In this document: positions 48,948 through 58,094 of the stretch, in pieces
Numbering within the stretch: position 1 is the stretch's first letter
Layout of the letters: each line of letters starts with the position of its first letter
From: Candidatus Anstonellales archaeon
GTDB lineage: Archaea > Micrarchaeota > Micrarchaeia > Anstonellales > J096
Assembly (NCBI GenBank): GCA_038896535.1
Contig: JAWACY010000002.1
Location: forward strand, 91,002 to 155,001
Length of the DNA stretch: 64,000 bases
Direction of reading: 5' to 3'
Notes under the pieces: model-generated
Databases searched by the model: none
What the model saw: the letters and a program-made list of their open reading frames with translations, nothing else
What the model was told of the DNA's origin: nothing
Made by a program: the position numbers and the translations under genes

Positions 48948-50330
48948 TTATCTTTTGCCTGCTCTTATTATTTTTTGCCCAGCCGCCTTTCTTAATAGCT
49001 CAGCTATTTCTTTATAGACATTTTCAGCAGCCAATGTTAAAGCTGTTCTGCCTTTATTATCTTTAACATTGATATCTGCTCCTTTTTCTATTAATAATTT
49101 AACTCCCTCTAATTTAACTTTTTCTTTTTTGTTATTGTAACCATCAATAAGAGTCATTAAAGCAGTTTCTCCTCTATTATTTATGATATTTGGATTAACG
49201 CCTGCTTTTAATAGTAATTCAGTTATTTCATTGGTTTCATGAATCCCATAAGTAGAATATATTAAAGCAGTATTGCCTTCTTTATCTTTAACATTGATAT
49301 CTGCTCCTTTTTCTATTAATAATTTAATTGCTTCTACATTACCGTAAGGAGTGTCAACAGCATAAATTAAAGCTGTTTTTTCTTCATCATCTCTTGCATT
49401 TACATCTACTCCTTTTTCTATTAATAATTTAATTATCTCTATATAGCCTCTGTAAGCAGCTAACATTAAAGCTGTTCTGCCTTTATTATCTTTAGCATTT
49501 ACATCTACTCCTAATTCTATTAATGATTTAACTGCTTTTTTATTGCCAATGTTAGCAGCATACATTAAAGCAATGGCCCCATATCTACTTTTAATGCTTT
49601 CTTTTGCTCCTGATTTTATTAATAATTCAAGTATTTCTACATCACCATTTGCTGCAAAATATACCAAAGCAGTATTGCCATATTTATCTTTAGCGTTTAC
49701 ATCTATGCCTGATTTTATTAATAATTCAACTGCTTCTTTATTTTCATATTCAGAAAAAGCAGCATGCATTAAAGCTGTTCTGCCATCTATATCTTGAGCA
49801 TTTACATATGCCCCTAATTTTATTAATAATTTAATTGCCTCTGCATTGCCTCTTGAAGCGCTATAAATTAAAGCTGTCCTGCCTTTATTATCTTGAGCAT
49901 TTACATATGCCCCTTTTAACAAAGCTTTGACAATCATGGCAATTTTTCTCTTTCGACAATTAACCATTAGTTTTCCGTTTTCTTTCTGGATCTGCACAAA
50001 TCTATAATATTTTTTTAATTTTGCATTTATTTCTTCATTTATCTCCTTAAAAGCAATTGCTAATATTCCACTTTCATCATTTATTACTCTTTCTGCTATT
50101 TCCTTATACCTCTTCTGTCTGGCTAAGCTAAGGATTTCCTTCTTTTTTTCTTCTATTGTATTTTTTATCGTATTTTTTTCCTCATCTACTAATGGCTGCT
50201 TATTATGAAATGCATTACCATATTTATTAGAATTAGATACATTATTTCCTTCTTGCTTTACATTGTTCCCTTCTTGCTTTACTACTTTAATCACATTTTT
50301 AATTTCTCCACTTCCCATCATCTTACCCAA
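48948..50330 (-). CDS. ankyrin-repeat protein (about 9 ANK repeats)
   Basis: Repeated 33-aa units GRTAL(M/I)xAAxxGxxExxKLLIExGADVNA. A K/N/E-rich N-terminal region precedes the repeats. Confidence 0.85.
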   Translation of the reverse strand: MGKMMGSGEIKNVIKVVKQEGNNVKQEGNNVSNSNKYGNAFHNKQPLVDEEKNTIKNTIEEKKKEILSLARQKRYKEIAERVINDESGILAIAFKEINEEINAKLKKYYRFVQIQKENGKLMVNCRKRKIAMIVKALLKGAYVNAQDNKGRTALIYSASRGNAEAIKLLIKLGAYVNAQDIDGRTALMHAAFSEYENKEAVELLIKSGIDVNAKDKYGNTALVYFAANGDVEILELLIKSGAKESIKSRYGAIALMYAANIGNKKAVKSLIELGVDVNAKDNKGRTALMLAAYRGYIEIIKLLIEKGVDVNARDDEEKTALIYAVDTPYGNVEAIKLLIEKGADINVKDKEGNTALIYSTYGIHETNEITELLLKAGVNPNIINNRGETALMTLIDGYNNKKEKVKLEGVKLLIEKGADINVKDNKGRTALTLAAENVYKEIAELLRKAAGQKIIRAGKR

Positions 50331-50421
50331 ATAAATAGGTTTATATTTATTTTATAGCAGTTTTTAAAAATGTATTTTTTATTTATTTTTTATTTTCATT
50401 TATTTTGCTGTTATTAAGCAA

Positions 50422-50841
50422 TTGTCGAAATGTATGGTTAAAGATTTTAAAAATGGAAGAAATATTAAACAATGCATGAAAACAAACACAACAAATACAA
50501 TAACAAAAGGAGTAAATAGATTGGAAAATTGGCAGAGACAGGAAAATGAGCAGGAGAAAAAAGAGAAAAATGGGCAAATAGGAAAAGATAAATCAAATAA
50601 AAAAGACAAATTTATAGAAGCAATAAAAAGAGGAGATATTACATCTGTTGAGAGGTATTTAAAAAATGGGGTTAATCCAAACACAAAAGAAAAGAGAACA
50701 GGGTTTTATGCTGTTGAAGTTGCTATATGGTTCGGGAAAGAAAACATAGTAGAATTATTAAAAGAATATGGAGCAAACATGAAAATAGCAGAAGATTTCA
50801 GAAAAAAAATAGAACTTGGGCCTCTTTTTCCGTACTTTTAA
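50422..50841 (+). CDS. small ankyrin-repeat-like protein
   Basis: FIEAIKRGDITSVERYLKNGVNPNTKEKRTGFYAVEVAIWFGKENIVELLKEYGANMK contains one to two ANK-like repeats. Confidence 0.5.
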   Translation: MSKCMVKDFKNGRNIKQCMKTNTTNTITKGVNRLENWQRQENEQEKKEKNGQIGKDKSNKKDKFIEAIKRGDITSVERYLKNGVNPNTKEKRTGFYAVEVAIWFGKENIVELLKEYGANMKIAEDFRKKIELGPLFPYF

Positions 50842-50878
50842 ATTTTTTTAAATATTTTTTAAACTATTTAATTAAAGA

Positions 50879-51400
50879 TTAATGCCCATCTTTGATGCCC
50901 ATCTTTGATAATATATAATTAGATATGTGCTTTGCATTTTCGCCTAAAAGAAAAACAGGGCCCTTGTCTTTTATCCCATACGTTATAACATGCTCTTTTG
51001 TAGCATAAGCCATAAATGCAAGCCCTGCAATATCTTCTTCTCCTTTTATCAATAAAGCTCCGCCATTTAGCATTAAATGTTTGGCAATGCCCAAAAGCTC
51101 TTTATTAAATGTCCCAGCATTATTTTTTGCCTGCATTATATGCCTGAATGTTTGCTTTAACCTTGCTTTATCTTCTTCTCTTATTTCTTTTCTCAAATTC
51201 CTAAAATCGAATACAGCGACAAAGGGCTTAAACCCATAATCTAAACATGATAGCGTTACAACATCTCCTACGCATACTAAATTTCTATTATTGGCTTGAG
51301 CAAAATCAATAATATTGTTAATATCGCAAATACTTCCAAATGGACTTGCTAAAACTTTCCTGAGCTCTTCATTTATTTTTATTTCCATTTTATCATGCAC
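50879..51400 (-). CDS. DUF359-family protein, candidate GTP-dependent dephospho-CoA kinase
   Basis: LRKVLASPFGSICD...VCVGDVVTLSCLDYGFKPFVAVFDFRNLRKE fits the DUF359 pattern LkkPlG...vGDvvt...G..P.iaivD.kT.R. Confidence 0.55.
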   Translation of the reverse strand: MHDKMEIKINEELRKVLASPFGSICDINNIIDFAQANNRNLVCVGDVVTLSCLDYGFKPFVAVFDFRNLRKEIREEDKARLKQTFRHIMQAKNNAGTFNKELLGIAKHLMLNGGALLIKGEEDIAGLAFMAYATKEHVITYGIKDKGPVFLLGENAKHISNYILSKMGIKDGH

Positions 51401-51431
51401 TAAAAGCTAATAAAAGGAAGCTAATAAAAAG

Positions 51432-51791
51432 CTAATCCCTTGTAATATCGAAAATTGTTTTTATGCCAACAATCAATATTACTGGGGCTAGAAAGAGTAT
51501 TAATGCTTTTAAAAATAGTAGTAATGGCTCGGTTATAAATGCTGGCATTATATCGCTTGTTAAATTGCTCTTTAAAAATTCACTTGCAATTATAACTGCT
51601 GTGACTGAAACAAGCAGTTTTACAACCTCTTCTGGTGTTATATTCAATAAGCCCACTATAAAACCAAACAATAATATTGAGATTAATATGATATTGTTTT
51701 GTAGGAATACATAAACAACACAAGCTATTATTCCAACAATAAAAGATGTCGTCCCTATAATATCAAAAATATTTGTTTTCTGCTCAGGCAT
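51432..51791 (-). CDS. small polytopic membrane protein
   Basis: 119 aa with three to four hydrophobic helices. Confidence 0.4.
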   Translation of the reverse strand: MPEQKTNIFDIIGTTSFIVGIIACVVYVFLQNNIILISILLFGFIVGLLNITPEEVVKLLVSVTAVIIASEFLKSNLTSDIMPAFITEPLLLFLKALILFLAPVILIVGIKTIFDITRD

Positions 51792-51805
51792 TCAACCACC
51801 AAAAA

Positions 51806-52024
51806 TCAAAGGGAATAAATATAGACTATTGAATCTCCTCTTAAAAACATCTTTTCAGCATTTATTTCCTGGCCGTTTTCAAGCTTCATATTAACTTTTA
51901 GCAATGATAGGTTTAAATGTATGTCATATGCAACAAGCTTTGCTTTTATTTCTCTATTCCCTTTTATGCCTATAACAACATCTTTGCCAACCATCTCATT
52001 TATATAATCAAAGGGTTTTGCCAT
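51806..52024 (-). CDS. Sm-like (LSm) archaeal protein
   Basis: GKDVVIGIKGNREIKAKLVAYDIHLNLSL...FLRGDSIVYIY matches the Sm1/Sm2 motifs. Confidence 0.8.
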   Translation of the reverse strand: MAKPFDYINEMVGKDVVIGIKGNREIKAKLVAYDIHLNLSLLKVNMKLENGQEINAEKMFLRGDSIVYIYSL

Positions 52025-52041
52025 TTTATCAACCTTCTTAT

Positions 52042-52356
52042 TTAACTGCTTGATTGTTGATTACTTTGTTTAGCATCATTTAAAAAACCTTCCCTTTTTT
52101 GTATGTAAACTGGCTCGACTCTTTTTAATACTTCCTTGTCAGCATAAACATAAAATGTTACCCTTATTGCCCTCAAACCAGCCCTTTGTTCTATTTTCTT
52201 AATTATAGTTAACTCTGGGTCTTTTCCAATAGCTGATATTATAGCACTTTTTATCTCTGCTCTTGTTGGGGTTGCTTTATCAAAATGCAAATCAGCAATA
52301 TATTCTTCCCTTCCTATTGCATTATTATCATTTTTTGTTATTATATTTATTTTCAT
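52042..52356 (-). CDS. rps24e: ribosomal protein S24e
   Basis: DKATPTRAEIKSAI...RVTFYVYADKEVLKRVEPVYI fits the S24e family. Confidence 0.8.
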   Translation of the reverse strand: MKINIITKNDNNAIGREEYIADLHFDKATPTRAEIKSAIISAIGKDPELTIIKKIEQRAGLRAIRVTFYVYADKEVLKRVEPVYIQKREGFLNDAKQSNQQSSS

Positions 52357-52360
52357 CTTA

Positions 52361-52762
52361 TCACTCTTTAAATACTCTTAAAACTGCTTTTCTGCCTAAT
52401 GCTTCCATAACTTCTATCTCTTTGCCTTCTGCGACCTCATTTTTTAGCTCATCTGGAATTATCACATCAAATGTTTCATAATTATCTTTATCCATTACAT
52501 TAGCGATATTGCCATTTATTGCTAAAACCTGTGCTGTTCTCTTTTTAACAACAGGCACTTCAACACTTGCATCAGTAGGCACTAAGAGTGTCTTTTTTTG
52601 ATTATCAAATATGCCTATTGCAGTAACTCTCATTTTTGCTGAGCCATGCTTGCCTGGTTTTGACACTTCTATGCTTACAACTTTGCAAGGAATGTCATCA
52701 ATAACTACAAACCTCCCGACTTTCAATTCTTTTGCTTCAACCTTTATTACTTCATCTGTCAT
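52361..52762 (-). CDS. eif5a: translation initiation factor 5A (aIF5A)
   Basis: Hypusination loop SKPGKHGSAKMRV and the C-terminal OB domain. Confidence 0.95.
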   Translation of the reverse strand: MTDEVIKVEAKELKVGRFVVIDDIPCKVVSIEVSKPGKHGSAKMRVTAIGIFDNQKKTLLVPTDASVEVPVVKKRTAQVLAINGNIANVMDKDNYETFDVIIPDELKNEVAEGKEIEVMEALGRKAVLRVFKE

Positions 52763-53247
52763 AACAATCCCCTTGATTTTCTGCCTGCTTTTGTTAAGCC
52801 TCTGAATGCCCTGCCTGTTCTTTTTACTACATTTGAAGCATGCTTATCTTTAACATCTCTGGTAGCAAGCAAAACCTCATAAAATACATGCTGTCCATCT
52901 TCCCCAACATAATAACTTCCTAAAACTTCTGCATTTCTGTGCTTTCTAGCAACCCTTTGTTCAGCAATTGCCTGCTTATTCAATGAGGTTTGAATATATC
53001 TATAATTATGCCTAGCTTTTCTTCCTGCCTTTGGAGATGGTCTTTTTCTAAGCCCTTTTTTAACCATGCATCTAACAACAAAAAATCCTTTTTTCGCCTT
53101 ATATCCAAGCGCTCTAGCCCTTTCAGGATTTAAAGGCTTATCTACTCTTACAATTGCGCCTTGCTTTCTCCATTCAGCAAGCCTGTTTTTGTAGTAATCA
53201 GGCCTTGTCTTAAATGTTTGTTGAAAATTCTTCATTATATGTCCCAT
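52759..53247 (-). CDS. rpl15e: ribosomal protein L15e
   Basis: Highly basic 162-aa protein with recognisable L15e sequence (WRKQGAIVRVDKP...GYKAKKGFFVVRCMV). Confidence 0.9.
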   Translation of the reverse strand: MGHIMKNFQQTFKTRPDYYKNRLAEWRKQGAIVRVDKPLNPERARALGYKAKKGFFVVRCMVKKGLRKRPSPKAGRKARHNYRYIQTSLNKQAIAEQRVARKHRNAEVLGSYYVGEDGQHVFYEVLLATRDVKDKHASNVVKRTGRAFRGLTKAGRKSRGLL

Positions 53248-53256
53248 ATTACCGCC

Positions 53257-53634
53257 TCATGCTTCTTTATTTATGATCATAATTGCCTTTGCGATATCGC
53301 CTTTTGCTTTTTTTAATGCCTGTTCAGCTATTTCTTTGCTTACATTTGCCTGCTTTGACACAAAATCTACATCAGCAGCATTTATTTTATAAACTTCTTG
53401 CATTTCTTGCCTTTCTTCTCCAGCTTCATGTTTTTCCTTTTCTTCCTTTATTACCTTGCCTTCTACTATAAATGTTTTTTTGCCTGCCTGTTCCATTTCA
53501 ATTACTGAAGGCGTTTCTATCTTTATTTCATGTTTTGTTGTTTTAATAATAACTTCAACTGCATCAATACTATCAACCTTTATACCGGCCTGCTTGAGCA
53601 TTGCCATCATTTTTTCTCTACTCATACCAAACAT
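53257..53634 (-). CDS. nac: nascent polypeptide-associated complex protein (NAC alpha homologue)
   Basis: NAC domain (VEVIIKTTKHEIKIETPSVIEMEQAGKKTFIVEG) plus C-terminal UBA-like DVDFVSKQANVSKEIAEQALKKAKGDIAKAI. Confidence 0.85.
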   Translation of the reverse strand: MFGMSREKMMAMLKQAGIKVDSIDAVEVIIKTTKHEIKIETPSVIEMEQAGKKTFIVEGKVIKEEKEKHEAGEERQEMQEVYKINAADVDFVSKQANVSKEIAEQALKKAKGDIAKAIMIINKEA

Positions 53635-53650
53635 GTTCTCATCTCTATAA

Positions 53651-54244
53651 TCATGCTGCTATAATTTTTTGCTCGCTTTTCCTTACAATAACATGTGAAA
53701 CTGGATTTATCTTATTAAGCTCTCTTCCTAAATCCTTTGCAAATGTATCTAATAATATACTCTTTATTAACTCTTCTCTTGTTTTACTGCTTGCTGCTTT
53801 TAAAACAAATGCCTTTGCTGCTTTTCTAAGATTTTTCTTTACTACTTCTGAAACTTTTCTCAATGTTATTATGACAATCTTAAGCCTTATTTTCTGCCCA
53901 TCATTTGTATTGACATCAATGACTTCATGTATAACACTCCTATGTTTTCTTGCAAGGCTCCTTAAATATGATTGTGCAACTTCATGGCCTATGAATTCTG
54001 TTTTTACTGTTCCTTGGCCGAGTTCAATTACTCTTAACAAAACTGTTGTATAAAGGCTTAAAGGAGATGCCTTTATATCTTCAAGCTCGTTCAAAGCCAC
54101 TTTTATTATTCTATTTATTACTGTATCCTTCCTTCCTATAAGCTCACCAACTTGTTTATTATTAAATAATGCTGGAGCAATGATAGCATATTCAGTTTTT
54201 TGTTTTCCTTTTTCTGCTTTTGCTGCTCTTGTTCTTCTTGCCAT
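53651..54244 (-). CDS. rps3ae: ribosomal protein S3Ae (S1e)
   Basis: The 197-aa sequence matches the S3Ae family along its length. Confidence 0.9.
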   Translation of the reverse strand: MARRTRAAKAEKGKQKTEYAIIAPALFNNKQVGELIGRKDTVINRIIKVALNELEDIKASPLSLYTTVLLRVIELGQGTVKTEFIGHEVAQSYLRSLARKHRSVIHEVIDVNTNDGQKIRLKIVIITLRKVSEVVKKNLRKAAKAFVLKAASSKTREELIKSILLDTFAKDLGRELNKINPVSHVIVRKSEQKIIAA

Positions 54245-54257
54245 TTTATCACTCTTA

Positions 54258-54719
54258 TTATGCTCTTATAAGTGCTGCTGCCTCTTCTGGGTCATATTTC
54301 CATGTAGCACTTATCTCGCCTTTTTTCTTATAATATGAAGCAAGCCTGTTTATTTTGCTCAAAATATGGTTATATTTAACCCTATTTGCAATGTCCTTCT
54401 TATTCTTTTTCAAATGCTCCCATAACCTGACAGCTTTTCTAATTAAGTTAAGCATGTCCTCAGGCATTTTTGTATATATTTTTTCCTGCTTGAGAAATTG
54501 TTTCATGCTAACTCCTGTAAGCCCTTTGAATGAAGGCACACCATACTGGTCTCTTAAAATTACTCCTATATTTGCAGTACTATTGCCCTGCCTAAAAAGT
54601 TTTTTTACAATGTCCTTTGCCTCTTCTGCATTTAACTGCGCAAATGCTGGACTGCTTTTCTTCCTGCCAGCAAATTTACTTGAACTTTTTCCTTTTTTCT
54701 TTGAATGCAATCTTGCCAT
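54258..54719 (-). CDS. rps15: ribosomal protein S15 (archaeal S15/eukaryotic S13e type)
   Basis: N-terminal S13e extension and C-terminal S15 fold (GVILRDQYGVP...SKINRLASYYKKKG). Confidence 0.9.
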   Translation of the reverse strand: MARLHSKKKGKSSSKFAGRKKSSPAFAQLNAEEAKDIVKKLFRQGNSTANIGVILRDQYGVPSFKGLTGVSMKQFLKQEKIYTKMPEDMLNLIRKAVRLWEHLKKNKKDIANRVKYNHILSKINRLASYYKKKGEISATWKYDPEEAAALIRA

Positions 54720-55037
54720 TTAATCACCCAATTCAATCATATTTTCTTTATACCCCATCTTTATGAGCAATTCTTTTGCCTTTTTTTTATGCTCACCTTG
54801 CAACATTATCTTATCATCTTTTAAAGACCCACCGCAAGCAAGTTTTGATTTCAACTGCTTGAAAATTTCTTTTATCTGGCTCTTTTCTATGCCTTCAACA
54901 ATTGTTATAAATTTCTTGAACTTTGCTTTTGCAGTATATATTTTTATTCTTTTAACCGCTCCTTCTCTTGTCAATGTATCACAAACGCAAAGTTCAAGTG
55001 GTAAATTACATGTAGGACATTTTTCTCCTATTATAAT
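54720..55037 (-). CDS. sui1: translation initiation factor aIF1 (SUI1), start codon non-canonical or uncertain
   Basis: SUI1 domain (KIYTAKAKFKKFITIVEGI...LQGEHKKKAKELL) preceded in frame by the archaeal N-terminal zinc knuckle GEKCPTCNLPLELCVCD. Between the in-frame TAA and this motif the only codons are GAG GAG GTT GAT ATT ATA ATA, immediately after AGGAGG. The ORF-track start at 54974 is a TTG inside the conserved domain. Confidence 0.75.
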   Translation of the reverse strand: MIIGEKCPTCNLPLELCVCDTLTREGAVKRIKIYTAKAKFKKFITIVEGIEKSQIKEIFKQLKSKLACGGSLKDDKIMLQGEHKKKAKELLIKMGYKENMIELGD

Positions 55038-55067
55038 ATCAACCTCCTCTTACTGCCATTATATATT

Positions 55068-55256
55068 TTAACTTGCATAACCTCCTTTTTCAAACTCTTT
55101 ACCATGTATGAATGTTATTATTCTTGCTCGCATCCTTTTTAATTTCTTTATTTTCACTTCATCCTGGGCTGATAAAGCAAGCATCTCCTTCTCAATATTT
55201 TCAAGCTGCTTTTTCAGCTCATCAACAGGCATTGATTTCAATTCTTTTTTCTTCAT
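55068..55256 (-). CDS. rpl29: ribosomal protein L29 (uL29)
   Basis: MKKKELKSMPVDELKKQLENIEKEMLAL...KIKKLKRMRARIITF matches the uL29 pattern. Lies between S3 and SUI1 as in archaeal S10-spc clusters. Confidence 0.8.
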   Translation of the reverse strand: MKKKELKSMPVDELKKQLENIEKEMLALSAQDEVKIKKLKRMRARIITFIHGKEFEKGGYAS

Positions 55257-55264
55257 TCTACCAC

Positions 55265-55918
55265 CTAATTATTTTGCTCCTGCTGCTCTTGGCTTTGTTT
55301 TTCATTTTCTTGATCTGCATATATCTCTGGCTTAACAAGCCTTGCAATCTCCTTTCTGGCTATTCTTACTGTTATGCCAATAATACCAGATTTCGTCAAT
55401 GCTCCATACTTATAAACACCAACATATCTTGATACATCCCCCGCTTTTGGTACAAATCCAGCACTCACTTTTATACTTTTTGCCTTGCTTCCCTTTGCAC
55501 CAAGCTTTCCACCAGCAATTATTTCAACCCCCAAAGCTCCAGCGTTCATTACAGAACGCATAAGCTTATTAAGAACTGCCTTTACTTTTTCTCCTCTTTC
55601 TATTGCATTTGCTGCTCTTTTTGCAACAATCCTTGGCTCAAGCCATGGCTCTTTGACATCTATTACTGTTATATTAGGATTGTCTATGCCAAAATCATTT
55701 TTTATTTTTTCAACAATGCTCTGTATTTTCCTGCTTTTTTTATTCATCAATCTCTTTGGATCAAGCATCTCTATATATATTCTTGTCTCTACCGGGCTCT
55801 TTTGTATTATAACATTAGCAACAAGCACATTATCAAGCTCTTTTTCAAGAAATTCTGCAATCATGGATTTTTTTATTGCATCTGATATAAATTTATTTTT
55901 TATACTTGTCATAACCAT
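55265..55918 (-). CDS. rps3: ribosomal protein S3 (uS3)
   Basis: KH domain and S3 C-terminal domain, with an acidic Q/E-rich tail. Confidence 0.95.
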   Translation of the reverse strand: MVMTSIKNKFISDAIKKSMIAEFLEKELDNVLVANVIIQKSPVETRIYIEMLDPKRLMNKKSRKIQSIVEKIKNDFGIDNPNITVIDVKEPWLEPRIVAKRAANAIERGEKVKAVLNKLMRSVMNAGALGVEIIAGGKLGAKGSKAKSIKVSAGFVPKAGDVSRYVGVYKYGALTKSGIIGITVRIARKEIARLVKPEIYADQENEKQSQEQQEQNN

Positions 55919-55932
55919 ATTATCACCACATA

Positions 55933-56634
55933 CTATTTATCAATATCTTCATGCCCTTCGCCTTTTTCTTTTTCTCTGCTCTTTTTTTCTCTTGCTTTTC
56001 CTTTTTTGTCTTTGCTTTCTTTTTGTTTGCTTTCTTTTTGTTTTTCTTTTTCTTTGCTTTCTGCTTTTATACTTTCCTGACTTTGACTTGTTTCTCTTCC
56101 TTCTGTCTGCTTTGGCTCTTGCTTCTCCTTTAATTCCTGCTTCTTCTCCTTTAATTCCTGCTTCGGTTTTACTGGCTTTGCTCCTTTTTGCATTACAACA
56201 ATTTCAAGCCTTGCTAATTCATAAGACCTTGGCATCCTCCTTCCCTTTGGTTGCATTCTTCTATATGCCGCTTTTTTATTAGCGCATGCATGAGCAATAA
56301 AAAGCATTTCTTCATTTGCTCCTTTTCTAACTGCATTTGCAATAGCATCTTTTAATAAAGACAAAACATATTTTACTGCTTTTACTGGATATCTGCCTTT
56401 TCTGCCGTTCAATTCTTTTCTATGAGCAAGCTTTTTATTATGGGTTTTATAAAAAATAGGGGTTTTTCCTTCTTTCCCAAGAGAAGCTTTTTCAAGAAAA
56501 ACAATGGCTTTTTGAACATTCATATTTCTTATATTATTACAAACTTGACAAAGATCCTTGAATGAAGCATTAATTGCCTCATTCCTTGCTTTTCCTACAA
56601 TATTATTTTCTTCATCAAATTTCATTGTATACAT
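55933..56634 (-). CDS. rpl22: ribosomal protein L22 (uL22) with about 85-aa K/E-rich C-terminal extension
   Basis: Core L22 (NIVGKARNEAINASFKDLCQV...YPVKAVKYVLSLLKDAIANA) plus a low-complexity KEKQ-rich tail encoded by the short-period repetitive DNA at 55933-56190. Confidence 0.9.
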   Translation of the reverse strand: MYTMKFDEENNIVGKARNEAINASFKDLCQVCNNIRNMNVQKAIVFLEKASLGKEGKTPIFYKTHNKKLAHRKELNGRKGRYPVKAVKYVLSLLKDAIANAVRKGANEEMLFIAHACANKKAAYRRMQPKGRRMPRSYELARLEIVVMQKGAKPVKPKQELKEKKQELKEKQEPKQTEGRETSQSQESIKAESKEKEKQKESKQKESKDKKGKAREKKSREKEKGEGHEDIDK

Positions 56635-56638
56635 GTTA

Positions 56639-57058
56639 TCACTTTGCTGCTACAAACTTGCTTCCTCTTGTTGCCCCTATTCCAGGGCTTGAATGGCTCT
56701 CGAATTTCACAGTATATGAATATTCTCCCAATCTATGGCCAAGCTTATCTATTGTTATATCAACTGGCTTCCATTCTTTGCCATTATAAACAAGGAATCT
56801 CAGCCCAAGCCATTCTGGAATAATAACAGCTTCTCTGCAATGCGTCTTTATAGGTTTTTTTTGCAAATCTTCTTTTTTTGCAAGTTTTTTCCTAACTTTT
56901 TTAACTAAGTTTGCATACTCAATATTTCTTCCATCAAGCATTGACATTATTGCCCTTCTGCTTCTTGCTTTTACAAGTTTTGCAAATTCTTCAATAGGCA
57001 TTGCCTTTAATTCTTGCTCATTTTTTCCTCTATAAACATCCTTTGCTATTTCTACCAT
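56639..57058 (-). CDS. rps19: ribosomal protein S19 (uS19)
   Basis: GHRLGEYSYTVKFESHS and a conserved C-terminal region. Confidence 0.95.
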   Translation of the reverse strand: MVEIAKDVYRGKNEQELKAMPIEEFAKLVKARSRRAIMSMLDGRNIEYANLVKKVRKKLAKKEDLQKKPIKTHCREAVIIPEWLGLRFLVYNGKEWKPVDITIDKLGHRLGEYSYTVKFESHSSPGIGATRGSKFVAAK

Positions 57059-57070
57059 TTTGCCACCTCG

Positions 57071-57838
57071 TCATTGATTTTGCTGCTTTGATGCGGCTGT
57101 CTTTCTAGATTTTCTGCCGGTCATTTTTGCTCTAAGATGGCCAACTTTTTGTCCAGGAACTGCATGCTTTCCAACAGTTGTAGGCTTACCGCCATGATGC
57201 TCTTTTCCTCCAAATGGATGGTCATAAGCAGACATTTTAACGCCCCTTACCCTTGGCCATATTGCATTTGCTGCTTTTCTATATTTATAAAATGCATTTC
57301 CTGCTTTTAATAATGGCTTCTCTTTTATTCCCCCGCCAGCAGCAACGCCAACCTGGGCAAGGCATTCTGGATTAAGATTAATGATTTTGTTGCTCGGCAG
57401 TTTTATTTGCACATAATCCGCGCTTTTCATCAATATCTGTGCAAAACTGCCTGCTGCTTTTGCTATTTTCCCACCATCGCCTGGTTGCTTCTCTATATTA
57501 TAAATGTAAAATCCTTCTGGTATTGATTTCAAAGGCAAGACATTCCCAAGCTTTATGCTTGCTTGCTCTCCTATCTCTATATTGCTTCCTGATACAATGC
57601 CCTCTGATGCAATTAAATAACCTTCATTCCCATCATTAAACTTTACTTTTGCTAATATTGTATTTCTTTCTGGTGCATCTACAAAATCTTTTATAGTACA
57701 TGTTAATAATGGCTTTTCTTTTCTGACTGCTTTTGGATAAAAATCATTATAGCTGACTTTAGCTTTAAACCTATGGCTCTTCGCCCTATATCTTGGCGTG
57801 CCTTTTCCTCTTACTTGCTGTTTTAATCTTTTTCCCAT
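57071..57838 (-). CDS. rpl2: ribosomal protein L2 (uL2)
   Basis: MSAYDHPFGGKEHHGGKPTTVGK and the C-terminal basic region. Confidence 0.95.
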   Translation of the reverse strand: MGKRLKQQVRGKGTPRYRAKSHRFKAKVSYNDFYPKAVRKEKPLLTCTIKDFVDAPERNTILAKVKFNDGNEGYLIASEGIVSGSNIEIGEQASIKLGNVLPLKSIPEGFYIYNIEKQPGDGGKIAKAAGSFAQILMKSADYVQIKLPSNKIINLNPECLAQVGVAAGGGIKEKPLLKAGNAFYKYRKAANAIWPRVRGVKMSAYDHPFGGKEHHGGKPTTVGKHAVPGQKVGHLRAKMTGRKSRKTAASKQQNQ

Positions 57839-57842
57839 ACTA

Positions 57843-58094
57843 TCACGCTATATTTAATTGTGTGGCAAGCTCCTCAATATTAACTTCTGGAGCAAATTTA
57901 ACATAAGCAATTTTTTTACCTTTCCTGACATGAGTATTAATTTTTTCTACTTTAACTTTAAAAATCCTTTCTATTTCTTTCTTTATTTCCTGTGCATTTG
58001 CATTTATATTCACAAAAAATGCGAGCTTCCTTTCTTTTAAAGAAAGTTTTATAATTTTTTCTGTTCTTACTGGGGCTATTATTATTCCTGCCAT
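57843..58094 (-). CDS. rpl23: ribosomal protein L23 (uL23)
   Basis: PVRTEKIIKLSLKERKLAFFVNINANAQEIKKEIERIFKVKVEKINT matches uL23. Overlaps L4 by 13 nt. Confidence 0.9.
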   Translation of the reverse strand: MAGIIIAPVRTEKIIKLSLKERKLAFFVNINANAQEIKKEIERIFKVKVEKINTHVRKGKKIAYVKFAPEVNIEELATQLNIA

